From NCBI GenBank assembly GCA_963677435.1, contig OY781945.1, positions 1,024,001 through 1,088,000 on the forward strand: 64,000 nt of DNA, written 5' to 3'. This document shows, piece by piece, positions 12,153 to 23,104 of the stretch; position 1 is the first letter of the stretch; each line of letters begins with the position of its first letter. Below the pieces are notes generated by a model. It ran no database searches and was not told where the DNA came from. It worked only from the letters and a program-made list of their open reading frames with translations. Made by a program: the position numbers and the translations under genes. The stretch is from an uncultured Aliarcobacter sp. GTDB taxonomy: Bacteria > Campylobacterota > Campylobacteria > Campylobacterales > Arcobacteraceae.

Positions 12153-13040
12153 TGATTTTTTGAAAATTTTTATATTATTTAGAATTTTTACGGCAATTAG
12201 TGTTAATATAGTTCCCACAATTATAGATAAACTTATATTCTCTTTTAAAAAAATTACACTTAAAATAATGGCAAATAAAGGCACTAAAAAGATAAATGAA
12301 CTCACCTCATTTGTTCCTAGTTTTTCAATTCCAACAAAATATAGAGTTGTTGCAAATGTTGTTGAAATAACTGATATAGAAAAAACATTCAACCAAAAAA
12401 TCCAATCAAACTCTTTATAGTTTATATTTGGCACATCAACAAAAAATACCATTACCATTATCGTTGTAATTACATACATATAAAAGGTAAAAACCATTGG
12501 TGAGATTTTTGTAGCTTTTGAACTTACAATTGTAAGAATTGGCCAAAGAATTGAAGCTAATATAAAATAAATATTTTTTTGTGAAAATATTTCCTCATGG
12601 GAAAAAGACCAAATATTTAACATTGTAAAAACTCCAAGAGCTCCAAGAATCAAAGCCAAAATATCTTTTTTCTCAATTTTTTTTCCAAAAAATAAAGCCA
12701 TAATTATAAAGGTATTTATAGGAATCATAGTTGTAACCAAGGCTCCACCAAGACTTGCTGTTCCAAATTTTGTTCCTAAAAAAAAGCATTTCATATAAGC
12801 TATCATTACAACTGATGCCACAAGAACTAAAATAAAACTTTTTAGATTTATATAAAAACTCTTTTTCGTAAATAATAAAACAGGAAGAAGAGTAATCACT
12901 GTAAATATATTTCTAAAAAATATCATTTCATACTCATTTATATAAGCACTTAAAACTTTTGCACTAACCCAAGATAAACCCCATCCTGCCATCGCAAGAA
13001 ACATAAAGACATAAAAAATATTTTTGTTTTTTTCACTCAT
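12147..13040 (-). CDS. DMT/EamA family transporter (paralog 1)
   Basis: About 10 TM helices, two EamA repeats, paralog of 18643..19554. Confidence 0.85.
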   Translation of the reverse strand: MSEKNKNIFYVFMFLAMAGWGLSWVSAKVLSAYINEYEMIFFRNIFTVITLLPVLLFTKKSFYINLKSFILVLVASVVMIAYMKCFFLGTKFGTASLGGALVTTMIPINTFIIMALFFGKKIEKKDILALILGALGVFTMLNIWSFSHEEIFSQKNIYFILASILWPILTIVSSKATKISPMVFTFYMYVITTIMVMVFFVDVPNINYKEFDWIFWLNVFSISVISTTFATTLYFVGIEKLGTNEVSSFIFLVPLFAIILSVIFLKENISLSIIVGTILTLIAVKILNNIKIFKKSK

Positions 13041-13085
13041 TTTTCAATCTTTCTAATTTGATGAAGGATTGTATCAGTTAGAGTA

Positions 13086-13882
13086 TTAGTTGTATAGGAA
13101 AAAATTGCTTTTTTGTTTTAGTTGACTTGGCGCATAACCATAGGTTTTTTTGAAGGTTTTAATAAAATGAGATTGGTCATTAAATCCCAAATTAAAAGCA
13201 ACTTCTGAAAGGTTCATACCTTTTAATATAAGTTCTTTACTTCTTTCAATTTTTTGATTTAAAATATATTGGTGAGGAGTAATTCCAGTTGAGCTCTTAA
13301 AAATTCGCAAGAAATGATATTTACTAAGACTTGAATTAAGTGCTAATTCATCCAATGAAATATTTGTTTCTAAAGAATCTTTTATATAAGTAATAGAGTT
13401 TTCAAGAATTATATTATTGTTAAATTTAGGCTCTTTTAAAGTTGTAAAGGTATAGTTTTTTATCAAATAAGATAAGCTAGATATTAAATGAGTTTCAACT
13501 ATCATTTCATCTTCATTGTTAAAAGTACTTAGAAAAAAACTATACAAAAGTTTGTATAAATTCAAATCTTCAATAATATGTTCCGTAAAAATCGGAACTT
13601 TTTTTCAAAAAAGATTTGTTCATAAATCGCACTTACTAATTCAATTGAGGGATAAAAGTTTGTGTATTTCCACGAGTTTGAGTTTCCCCCGTGCATTTCT
13701 CCTGGATTTATTACTTTGGTTGAATTTTTGTATGATAGTTTAATATTATTTTCATGTATAGATTTAAATAGCCCTTCATGGGTTAATCCAATAGTGTAAG
13801 TATCATGAAAATGTCTCTTAAATTCGCTATCTGATTTTGTTATATTTTCAAAGAAAGTATTGTTAAGTGGTTTTGATTTCAT
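13086..13882 (-). pseudogene. AraC-family regulator split by a -1 frameshift in an A7 tract (13599-13605)
   Basis: N-half (RHFHDTYTIG) and C-half (HTH, FNDQSHF) join into a full homolog of 19607..20398 if one A is added. Confidence 0.85.
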
Positions 13883-14073
13883 TATTAATTATATAAAATA
13901 TATAAAATAAAATATAGTAGAAAATTGCTATTTAGTAAGAAATTCTTATGTTTTTTTATCTTGTTTAAATTAGAACAATGCCCAATTTTTCATTGGTTTG
14001 GCTATGTTGAAACATAATATATTAAGAAAAATTATTATATCATGCGGGCTTTATTTTATTTCAAGAGGTTTTA

Positions 14074-15984
14074 ATGTTTAAAAATTTTTCAATTAAGAAA
14101 ATTTTGGTTTTATCAGGTATTTTAATATTTTCAGTAGCGTCTATTAATTTAGTAGTTAATATTTTTCAACTCTCATCTGTTGAAAATAAGGTTAAAGAAA
14201 AAGAGCATGATATTTTGCCTACAGTGTTTAATTTTTTAGAGTTACAAAAAGATGTAATCCAAGTACAACAATGGTTAACTGATGTTTCTGCAACAAGAGC
14301 TGCAGAGGGTTTTGCAGATGGATTTGATATTTCAAAAGAGTACTTTTTAAAAGCAAATACTTTACTTGATAAAATGATTCTTGAACATAAAAACAAAAAT
14401 GAAAATGATGAAGTAAAAGATTTAGAAGAGTTTAAAAGTAATTTTAATCAATTTTACGAAGTAGGGCTAAAAATGGCGAATACTTATGTGAAATTTGGTC
14501 CTGAAGAAGGAAATAAAATCATGGAAGAACTTGACCCTTTTGCTGAAAAACTAACAGATAAATTAGATAAATGGATAAGTGCTCATTTTAAAGAAAATAG
14601 TGAGAAATCTGTAGAAATAGAAAATACTATAAACTTTACTCAAAATAACTTAGTTATTTTAGGATTATTTATAATTATTTTAAACTTAATAGTTTTTGTT
14701 ATTTTAATAAGAAGAATAGCTTCTTCTCTTGAAATTTTCCAAGGTGGATTGTTGTCTTTTTTTGCCTATTTAAATAAGGAATCAAAAGAAGTTCAATTAT
14801 TAGATGATAGAGTTCAAGATGAATTTGGAAAAATGTCAACAGTAATAAATGAAAATATTACAAAAACAAAAGAGATTATTGATTCAGATACTAAATTTTT
14901 ATCAGAAATTACTGAGGTAGTTAACGAAGTTAAAAATGGGCATTTAAATAAAAAACTTGAAAATAAAGTTCAATCTGAAAGTATGGAAAAATTAAGAGAG
15001 CATATAAATGAAATGTTATTTAATTTACAATTAAAAGTTTGTACAAATATAAATGATATTTCATTCGCTTTAGAGAAATACTCAAAACTTGATTTTACAC
15101 ATAGAATTAAAGGGTGTAGTAGTGAAGTTACCGTTGGTTTAAATAAACTAGCTGATATTATAAATGATATGCTTGTGGAAAATAAATCAAATGGACTAAC
15201 TCTTCAAAGTAGTTCAAATATTTTAATGTCAAATGTTGAAACTCTAAGTTCATCATCTACACAAGCAGCAGCTTCACTTGAAGAAACAGCAGCAGCATTA
15301 GAAGAGATAACTTCAAATATTTCAAGTAATAATAATAATGTAATTCAAATGTCAAGTTATGCAAATGAAGTTATAAATTCAGCTTCTCAAGGTGAAAAAC
15401 TTGCTAATCAAACCACAACTGCAATGGAAGATATTAATGTACAAGTAAATGCAATAACTGCTGCTATTACTGTAATTGATCAAATTGCATTTCAAACAAA
15501 TATTCTTTCTTTAAACGCAGCAGTAGAAGCAGCAACAGCAGGAGAAGCTGGAAAAGGATTTGCAGTAGTTGCAGCAGAAGTGAGAAACTTAGCCTCTCGT
15601 TCAGCAGAAGCTGCAAAGGAGATAAAAAATATTGTTGAAATTGCAACTTCTAAAGCAAATGGTGGAAAACAAATAGCAAATAACATGATAGTTGGTTACA
15701 AAGAGCTAAATCAATCAATTTTGAAAACTATTGATTTAATAAAAGATGTTGAACACTCATCAAAAGAACAACTTTCAGGAATAGAGCAAATAAATTCAGC
15801 TGTATCAGAACTTGACCAACAAACTCAACAAAATGCAAATGTTGCTTTACAAACAAAAGAAGTTGCTCAAACTACACTTTTTATAGCAAACAGAGTTGTG
15901 AAAAATGCAAATGATAAAGAATTTATTGGAAAAGATAGTGTAAAAGCAAAAGTTATAGATAAACAAGGAAATATACAAATATAA
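14074..15984 (+). CDS. Methyl-accepting chemotaxis protein
   Basis: TM, periplasmic helical domain, TM and MCP signalling motif. Confidence 0.92.
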   Translation: MFKNFSIKKILVLSGILIFSVASINLVVNIFQLSSVENKVKEKEHDILPTVFNFLELQKDVIQVQQWLTDVSATRAAEGFADGFDISKEYFLKANTLLDKMILEHKNKNENDEVKDLEEFKSNFNQFYEVGLKMANTYVKFGPEEGNKIMEELDPFAEKLTDKLDKWISAHFKENSEKSVEIENTINFTQNNLVILGLFIIILNLIVFVILIRRIASSLEIFQGGLLSFFAYLNKESKEVQLLDDRVQDEFGKMSTVINENITKTKEIIDSDTKFLSEITEVVNEVKNGHLNKKLENKVQSESMEKLREHINEMLFNLQLKVCTNINDISFALEKYSKLDFTHRIKGCSSEVTVGLNKLADIINDMLVENKSNGLTLQSSSNILMSNVETLSSSSTQAAASLEETAAALEEITSNISSNNNNVIQMSSYANEVINSASQGEKLANQTTTAMEDINVQVNAITAAITVIDQIAFQTNILSLNAAVEAATAGEAGKGFAVVAAEVRNLASRSAEAAKEIKNIVEIATSKANGGKQIANNMIVGYKELNQSILKTIDLIKDVEHSSKEQLSGIEQINSAVSELDQQTQQNANVALQTKEVAQTTLFIANRVVKNANDKEFIGKDSVKAKVIDKQGNIQI

Positions 15985-16145
15985 TAAAAGCTAAATTCTA
16001 CTAGATTTTTTACTTTATGGTATAGTAGTGGGTGTGGGAACCCATGACTATATCAATTACTTCTATTTTCAATCATATCAATAAATATTTTCTTTGGTTT
16101 TGTTCCTATTAGATACACAATTTTCTAGAGTAAAAAAGGTTTAAA

Positions 16146-17447
16146 ATGAAAGATTTATTAAAACAACTGTGGTTTCAAGTTATTTTAGGAATGATTGGAG
16201 GAATTGTTTTAGGTCTTTTATTATCACCAACTGCTTTTGCTTTAGTTGATGAAAAAATTGCTTTTGCAATTGCTCCTTGGGTTGCTTTATGTGGAAATAT
16301 TTTTTTAGCACTTATAAAAATGATTGTTGTTCCTCTTGTAATGAGTTCAATAATATTGGGAATTACAAGTGCTGGAAATGTTGAAATTTTAAAAAGTTTA
16401 GGTCTTAAAATTGCTCCATATTTTGTTTTTACAACTATGGTTGCAGTTACTTTAGGTATTTTTATAACATATTTAATTCATCCTGGAACTTATGTTTCAA
16501 GCGAAATAATAAATCAAATTGCAACAACATCAGTTCCAGTTGCAAAAGCTGTTGAAAATCTTTCTATACCTGATATGATAGTTGGACTAATTCCAATAAG
16601 TACCGCAAAAGCTGAACTTGATGGAAATATCTTAGCATTTGTTATCTTAGCAATATTCATAGGAGTTGCTTTGATGAATATTGATGAAGAGGATGCAAGA
16701 CCAATGAAAGATTTGGCAAAATCTATGCAGGCTTTTTCTATGAAAGTAGTTGATTGGGCTATGAAATTAGCTCCTTATGCTGTATTTGGACTTTTATGTA
16801 ATATTACTATTAAAATTGGTTTTGATGCCATATCTTCTATGTCTATGTATGTTTTGACGGTGATTTTGGGATTATTATTGCTTTTATGTTTTTATTTGAC
16901 AATTGTATATTTTGTTACAAACATAAAACCTTTGGACTTTTTAAGTAAAATTAGAGAAGTTCAATTAATGGCCTTTTCAACTTCAAGTTCAGCAGCTGTA
17001 ATGCCACTATCAATGAAAACAGCAGAAGAGAAACTAAATGTTCCAACAACTATTTCAAAATTTGTAATACCTTTGGGAGCAACTGTAAATATGGATGGAA
17101 CAGCAATCTATCAAGTGTGTGCAGCTATTTTTTTAACTCAACTTTATGGACTAGATTTATCTTTAGTTGAAGTGGTAATTTTAGCTTTAACAACCGTTGG
17201 AGCATCTATTGGAGCTCCAAGTACTCCAGGAGTTGGTATTGTAATACTTGCTACGATTTTACAAGGAATAGGAGTTCCAGTTGAGGGAATTGCACTTATT
17301 TTGGGTGTTGATAGGATTCTTGATATGTGTAGAACTACTATAAATGTAACTGGCGATTTAACTGCAACTTTGGTTATGAAAAAACTAACAAGTTTTTCAA
17401 ATACAAGTGAAAAAAGTGCAAATAATTTAGTTCAAGCACAAAAGTAG
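16146..17447 (+). CDS. Dicarboxylate/amino acid:cation symporter (DAACS/GltP family)
   Basis: AFSTSSSAA, GATVNMDGTA and GVDRILDMCRT motifs. Confidence 0.92.
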   Translation: MKDLLKQLWFQVILGMIGGIVLGLLLSPTAFALVDEKIAFAIAPWVALCGNIFLALIKMIVVPLVMSSIILGITSAGNVEILKSLGLKIAPYFVFTTMVAVTLGIFITYLIHPGTYVSSEIINQIATTSVPVAKAVENLSIPDMIVGLIPISTAKAELDGNILAFVILAIFIGVALMNIDEEDARPMKDLAKSMQAFSMKVVDWAMKLAPYAVFGLLCNITIKIGFDAISSMSMYVLTVILGLLLLLCFYLTIVYFVTNIKPLDFLSKIREVQLMAFSTSSSAAVMPLSMKTAEEKLNVPTTISKFVIPLGATVNMDGTAIYQVCAAIFLTQLYGLDLSLVEVVILALTTVGASIGAPSTPGVGIVILATILQGIGVPVEGIALILGVDRILDMCRTTINVTGDLTATLVMKKLTSFSNTSEKSANNLVQAQK

Positions 17448-17456
17448 TCTAAAAAA

Positions 17457-18659
17457 TTACTTTTTTAAATAGGTAAATATAAATAAAGCAATAATAGTTA
17501 AAAGTATAAAAATATTTGAAAATAGAAGTATTATAAAAAATATCAAAGCTAAAAGAATTGAGCAATATTTTAAAAATCCTTTTTCAAAAAGTACAATTGC
17601 AGTTATAAGTCCTATAATTGCATTTGCAATAAAAAATCCATCTGCAAAAGCAACAAGGTTATCTAAAGTTAAAATCTTGAAATATACAAAAACAAGAGTA
17701 ATAATATAAATCATAGATAATAGATTTAAAGCACCAATTGGCGTATTATTAGCTAAATGTTTTGAAGTATAAGTTGTTAGTTTTAAAGATGAGATGAGTC
17801 GTGCAACTCCACCAACAAATAAAATCAATGTACCAATACATAAAACCAAAGATATACTTGAAATAATTACATTTGAATAAGATTTAAATAGAGGCTCAAT
17901 TAACCAAATTAGCTTAAAACTTTCATTTGCTTTATTTGGAAACTCTCCAAAAGATATTGATAAACACATTAAAATATAAACTATTGATACAATTATTGCT
18001 GAAAATATTACAGCTTTTGTAAGGGTTTTTGTCTCTTTTACTTCATTTGAATAGTTTCCAATTACTTCCCATCCAACAATTGCCCAAAAGGCTAAAATAA
18101 ATGAATATCCAATTTGTGATAACTCTAAAGAGGGAATAACAAAAGTAAAATTTGTGGTATTTAATAAAATATTTATACTTGAAATAAAAAATATTAATGT
18201 AATTGCGGAACTTACAAATAACATCAATTTTCCAATAAAATCAATTTTTAATAAAAGTAAAATATATGTAATTATATAAACATAAAATCCCAAACTCACT
18301 ATTGATTCATTTGGAAAAAAAGGTTTAATAAATTGTGCTGCAATTAACAATACAGCAACTGGCCCAAAAAAAACTGCACAGATTAAATAAAATGAAGTTA
18401 GAAGTTGATATTTTTTACCTAAAGCCTCTTTTGTAGCAAGGGAAACACCACCATCTCCTGGATAAATGATTGCTAGTTTTCCAAAAACAAGTGCAAAAAT
18501 AAAACCTAAACTTAATATTACAGCCCAAATAATTAAAGAGAAAGTTCCTATCATATTGTAAAGCAAGGGTGGAAGAAGTATTACTCCTGAGCCTAAAATT
18601 GGTCCAATTATAAGCCCTGAAAGAGTAAATGTATTTAGTTTTTTATCTGTTTGATTCAA
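17457..18659 (-). CDS. APC-family amino acid permease/exporter (YjeH-like)
   Basis: GPILGSGV, YPGDGG and FWAIVGWE motifs; polytopic membrane protein. Confidence 0.75.
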   Translation of the reverse strand: MNQTDKKLNTFTLSGLIIGPILGSGVILLPPLLYNMIGTFSLIIWAVILSLGFIFALVFGKLAIIYPGDGGVSLATKEALGKKYQLLTSFYLICAVFFGPVAVLLIAAQFIKPFFPNESIVSLGFYVYIITYILLLLKIDFIGKLMLFVSSAITLIFFISSINILLNTTNFTFVIPSLELSQIGYSFILAFWAIVGWEVIGNYSNEVKETKTLTKAVIFSAIIVSIVYILMCLSISFGEFPNKANESFKLIWLIEPLFKSYSNVIISSISLVLCIGTLILFVGGVARLISSLKLTTYTSKHLANNTPIGALNLLSMIYIITLVFVYFKILTLDNLVAFADGFFIANAIIGLITAIVLFEKGFLKYCSILLALIFFIILLFSNIFILLTIIALFIFTYLKK

Positions 18660-19554
18660 GAGGGTTTTTCTTTCTAAATATTTTAATATTATTTAATATC
18701 TTAACTGCAATTAAAGTCAAAATTGTACCAACAATTATTGAAATATTTACTTGTTCTTTTAAGAAAATAACACTTAAACTTATGGCAAAAAATGGTACTA
18801 AAAAGATAAAAGAGCTAACTTCATTTGTTCCTAGTTTTTCAATTCCAACAAAATAAATTGAAGTTGCAAAGGTTGTTGAAACAACAGCCACGCATAAAAT
18901 ATTTGCCCAAAAAATCCAATCAAAAGTTGCATAAGGCATTTTTGTAGGTTCTACAAAAAATATTAAAAGTAATATAGTCATAAAAACATACATGTAAAAA
19001 GAAAAAACCAATGGAGAAGTTTTTGTCGATTTTGAAGAAATGATTGTAAAAATTGGCCATAAAACAGATGCAATTAAAAAATATGAATTATGTTTTGTAA
19101 ATATTTGTTCAGCTGAAAAAGTCCAAATATTTAAAATAGTTAAAACCCCAATAACTCCAATTATCAAAGCAAAAATATCTTTTTTCAACATTTTTTTACC
19201 AAAAAAAAGTGCCATAAATATAAATGTATTTATGGGAATAAGTGTGGTAACTAAGGCTCCACCAAGACTTGCCGTTCCAAACTTTACACCTAAGAAATAG
19301 AATTTTAAATAAACAATCATTACAACTGCTGCTATAAAAGCTAAAATTAGACTTTTTACATTTGTGTAAAAAAACTTTCTAGTAATTACTAAAATAGGTG
19401 CAAGGGTGATAATTGTAAAAAAGTTTCGTAAAAACATCATTTGATATTCATCAATGTATGAGCTTAATACTTTTGCATTTACCCAAGATGCTCCCCACCC
19501 AGCCATTGCTAAAACCATCATAAAATAAAATATATTTTTGTTTGTTTGTGTCAT
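18643..19554 (-). CDS. DMT/EamA family transporter (paralog 2)
   Basis: High similarity to 12147..13040. Confidence 0.85.
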   Translation of the reverse strand: MTQTNKNIFYFMMVLAMAGWGASWVNAKVLSSYIDEYQMMFLRNFFTIITLAPILVITRKFFYTNVKSLILAFIAAVVMIVYLKFYFLGVKFGTASLGGALVTTLIPINTFIFMALFFGKKMLKKDIFALIIGVIGVLTILNIWTFSAEQIFTKHNSYFLIASVLWPIFTIISSKSTKTSPLVFSFYMYVFMTILLLIFFVEPTKMPYATFDWIFWANILCVAVVSTTFATSIYFVGIEKLGTNEVSSFIFLVPFFAISLSVIFLKEQVNISIIVGTILTLIAVKILNNIKIFRKKNPLESNR

Positions 19555-19606
19555 TTAAAATCTTTTGTAATAATATGGTGGAATAGTATTAAAAATATAA
19601 AATTAT

Positions 19607-20398
19607 TTATAGAATAATATTGCTATTTTTTTGAAATAAACTAGGTGTGTAACCAAAATATTTTTTGAAATTTCTTGTAAAATGAGATTGGTCATTAAAT
19701 CCAACTAACATACAAGCTTCACTAATTGTTTTGCCATTTTGTATTAAATGATTTGCTCTATTTAATCGTTCATTTATTATAAATGAGTGAGGAGTTAACC
19801 CCATCTCTTTTTTGAAAACTCGTAAAAAATGGTATTTGCTAAGATTACAATTATTTGCTAATTTATCAAGACTGATATTTTCATCAATACAATCTTTTAT
19901 AAGTTCTAATGATTTTTTTAAAACAATTTTATTATCAAACATTTTGTCATAAACTTTTGTATATGAAGTGAAATTTATGATTAAATAAGATAAAGCATCA
20001 ATAAGATTTGATTCAATTATCATATCCTCATCTTTTCTAAAAAAAGATTCAAAAAAGTTGTGAAATTTTAAAAATAAAAATTTATCATTAATAATACAAT
20101 TTTCAAAATATGGAACTTTCTTTTCAAAAAATATTTGTTCATATAAATCGCTTAAAAGTTCAATCGTTGGATAAAAATTTGAGTGAGACCAATCTTGTGA
20201 AACCCCACTATGAACTTCATTTGGATTATTTACTCTAATTGAGTATTTATAAAAATCTAAACTTCTGTTTGAGTTATATGTTTTTATTACTCCATTGTAA
20301 GTGATTCCAATTGTATAGGTATCATGGTAGTGTTTTGAAAAGTTTTCATTTAGATTTTTTACACTTTCAAAAAGCGTATTTTTTAATAATTTAGTCAT
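19607..20398 (-). CDS. AraC-family transcriptional regulator
   Basis: KHYHDTYTIG cupin-like domain; LSKYHFLRVFKK...GFNDQSHFTRNFKK HTH. Confidence 0.92.
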   Translation of the reverse strand: MTKLLKNTLFESVKNLNENFSKHYHDTYTIGITYNGVIKTYNSNRSLDFYKYSIRVNNPNEVHSGVSQDWSHSNFYPTIELLSDLYEQIFFEKKVPYFENCIINDKFLFLKFHNFFESFFRKDEDMIIESNLIDALSYLIINFTSYTKVYDKMFDNKIVLKKSLELIKDCIDENISLDKLANNCNLSKYHFLRVFKKEMGLTPHSFIINERLNRANHLIQNGKTISEACMLVGFNDQSHFTRNFKKYFGYTPSLFQKNSNIIL

Positions 20399-20472
20399 CG
20401 AAAGATTATATCAAAGTAATGGTTTAAAAAAATATAATAAGCGTATTATTTTAGTAAAAAAGAAAAAAGCAA

Positions 20473-21753
20473 TTAAGCTTTTTTCTTTAATACAATAAGA
20501 AGTACTCCAATAACAGCTGCTATAAAAGAAGCTGCAAAAACTCCCAATTTAACTGCTGCAATGATTGTCTCATCTGAAAAGGCAAGGTGAGTGATAAAAA
20601 TTGACATTGTAAAACCAATACCACCTAAAAAACCAACTGCAAGGACATCATACCAAGAAATATCATCTGGTTTTTTAATAATTCCAAATTTTGTAGCTAA
20701 GAATGTAAAACCAAAAATACCAATTGGTTTTCCTAAGATTAATCCTAAAACTACTCCTAAAACTATCATCATATTTGCTGATATTGTAGAGAAATCTATT
20801 AAAACTCCTGCATTTGAGAATGCAAATAAAGGCATAATAAAAAATGCAGATAAACCATGAAGATTATGTTCTAATTTTACAAGTGGATTTTGAACCTTAT
20901 CATATCCATGGGCAATGCTTTCAAGAGCATCTATTTGATGGTGATTTAAAATAGGAATAGTATCTATATTTTTTTCAAATTCATCTACAGATTCTCTTGT
21001 TTTTTCTATAAAATCATGTTCATCTAATTTTGAACTAATAGGAATTGCAAAAGCTAATAAAACCCCAGCAATTGTTGCATGAATTCCAATTTCGTGGATA
21101 AAAATCCATAAGAAAATACCTAAAATTAAATAAGGTAAAATCTTCTTAACTCCTAAATAATTTAAAAGCCAAATAAGTGCATATGTAACACCTGCATGTA
21201 AAAAGTATTCTACTTTTATTTCACTTGTATAAACAGTTGCCACCACTAAAACAGCACCTAAATCATCAACAACCGCAAGGGCAACTAAAAATAGTTTTAG
21301 TGCTGGATTTACTCTAGTTCCAAGTAACATTAAAATACCAAGAGCAAAAGCAATATCTGTAGCCATTGGAATACCAAATCCTAAAGGATTATCTGTATTT
21401 AAAGCAACATAAACAAGTGCTGGAACTACCATTCCTCCAATTGCAGCAATAATTGGGAAAGCAGCTTTTGAAACAGATGAAAGTTCACCTATTACCATTT
21501 CTCTTTTGATTTCAAGACCAACCATTAAGAAAAACAGTGCCATAAGACCATCATCAATCCAATAAGTTAAACTCATAGAGATTGATTTGTCCCCTAAAGT
21601 CATTCCAAGTGGCATATGCCATAAATCATAATAAGCTTGACCCCAACTTGAATTTGCAACTATAACAGCAGCAACAGTTGCAAGAAAGAGTAAAATACCA
21701 CTTAATGCTTCTTTTGAAATAAAATCTTCTAATAATAAAAATTTCTTAATCAT
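20473..21753 (-). CDS. nhaA: Na+/H+ antiporter NhaA
   Basis: GLEIKRE, PMATDIAFALG, AVVDDLGA and GIGFTMSIFI motifs; start placed at ATG overlapping the upstream stop. Confidence 0.93.
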   Translation of the reverse strand: MIKKFLLLEDFISKEALSGILLFLATVAAVIVANSSWGQAYYDLWHMPLGMTLGDKSISMSLTYWIDDGLMALFFLMVGLEIKREMVIGELSSVSKAAFPIIAAIGGMVVPALVYVALNTDNPLGFGIPMATDIAFALGILMLLGTRVNPALKLFLVALAVVDDLGAVLVVATVYTSEIKVEYFLHAGVTYALIWLLNYLGVKKILPYLILGIFLWIFIHEIGIHATIAGVLLAFAIPISSKLDEHDFIEKTRESVDEFEKNIDTIPILNHHQIDALESIAHGYDKVQNPLVKLEHNLHGLSAFFIMPLFAFSNAGVLIDFSTISANMMIVLGVVLGLILGKPIGIFGFTFLATKFGIIKKPDDISWYDVLAVGFLGGIGFTMSIFITHLAFSDETIIAAVKLGVFAASFIAAVIGVLLIVLKKKA

Positions 21754-22130
21754 ATATTTTCCTTGAGTAAACAACTTTTACAAATACCTTTTATGATGAT
21801 ATTTTCAATTTTATATTCTGGTAGAAAAAAGTCTAACTTTTCATGAATACACTCAATTTTTGAACATGAAGAACAAATAAAGTGAGAATGTTGTGTTTTT
21901 TTGATTTCAAAATATCTTTTTTTATCATTTGATTCAAAAGAACTAATAAGATTTTCTTCTTCAAAAATAGTGATATTTCTATAAAAAGTTGCCTTATCCA
22001 TCGAAATATTATCTTTCATATCTTCATACGACAAGGGTTTATTTGAACTAATTAACAGTTCCAAAATAGATTTTCTGGCACTTGTTAGCTTGATATTTGT
22101 AATGTTTGTTAAGTTTGTTATTTTATCCAT
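21750..22130 (-). CDS. Fur-family metalloregulator (Zur-like)
   Basis: TSARKSIL, ATFYRN, HSHFICSSC and CKSC motifs. Confidence 0.85.
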   Translation of the reverse strand: MDKITNLTNITNIKLTSARKSILELLISSNKPLSYEDMKDNISMDKATFYRNITIFEEENLISSFESNDKKRYFEIKKTQHSHFICSSCSKIECIHEKLDFFLPEYKIENIIIKGICKSCLLKENI

Positions 22131-22213
22131 AGTAATTATTATAGCAATTTATTTTTAAACTTACTTTTACGACTAAGTTGCAATAAAGAAAAAATTAATT
22201 AGAATTGCCAAAC

Positions 22214-22228
22214 TGCAACAAGGTTGCA
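22214..22228. promoter_or_regulatory. Palindromic operator TGCAAC-N3-GTTGCA (candidate site for the adjacent Fur-family regulator); degenerate copy at 22168..22182
   Basis: Perfect inverted repeat in the divergent promoter region. Confidence 0.55.
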
Positions 22229-22249
22229 AAATAAAATTAGGAATTTATA

Positions 22250-23104
22250 TTGAAAAAAATAGTATTAATCTTTATATTTTTAATTTCATTTTTATACGCT
22301 TCAAAACCAGAATTATCTGTAAGTATTTTACCTCAGAAATATTTTGTTGAAAAAATTGTAAAAGATAAATATGAAATAAATGTTATGGTAAAACCAGGTG
22401 CTTCTCCTCATACTTATGAGCCAAAATCTTCTCAAATGAAATCTTTATTTGCTTCGAAAGTCTATTTTTATACTGGAGTCTCTTTTGAACAAGCTTGGTT
22501 GGATAAATTTAAACAAAATGCTCAGAATACTCTTTTTGTAGATGCAACAAGTGGAATTGATAAAATGCAAATGGTAGAAGATGAACATCATGATGAAAAA
22601 GCAGGGCATGACCATTCTGGTTTAGATCCACATGTTTGGTTAGATCCAAATTTAGTAAAAATTCAAGCAAAAAACATCTATGAAATAATGATAAAAATCG
22701 ATTCTTCTAATGCAGATTTTTATAAAACAAATTATGAAGAATTTTTAAAAGAGCTAGATATTTTAGATGAAAATATTAAAACAATTTTAAATCCCTATAA
22801 AGAAAAACCATTTATGGTATTTCATCCATCTTGGGGATATTTTGCAAAAAGATATAACTTAGAAGAGATCTCAATTGAGATTGAAGGTAAAGAGCCAAAA
22901 CCTAGTGAATTGGTTGAATTGATTCAAAAAGCAAAAGAACATGATATAAAAATCATTTTTGTTTCACCTCAATTTTCGCAAAAAAGTGCAAAAGCAATTT
23001 CTAAAAATATTAGTGCAAATATATTTGAAATAGATCCCTTATCTCAAGATTGGGAAAATAGCATGTTAAATACAGCAAAACAAATAGCGGATAGTTATAA
23101 ATGA
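22250..23104 (+). CDS. Metal ABC-type substrate-binding protein (ZnuA/TroA family)
   Basis: PGASPHTYEP, His-rich loop, DPHVWLDP and HPSWGYF motifs. Confidence 0.9.
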   Translation: MKKIVLIFIFLISFLYASKPELSVSILPQKYFVEKIVKDKYEINVMVKPGASPHTYEPKSSQMKSLFASKVYFYTGVSFEQAWLDKFKQNAQNTLFVDATSGIDKMQMVEDEHHDEKAGHDHSGLDPHVWLDPNLVKIQAKNIYEIMIKIDSSNADFYKTNYEEFLKELDILDENIKTILNPYKEKPFMVFHPSWGYFAKRYNLEEISIEIEGKEPKPSELVELIQKAKEHDIKIIFVSPQFSQKSAKAISKNISANIFEIDPLSQDWENSMLNTAKQIADSYK

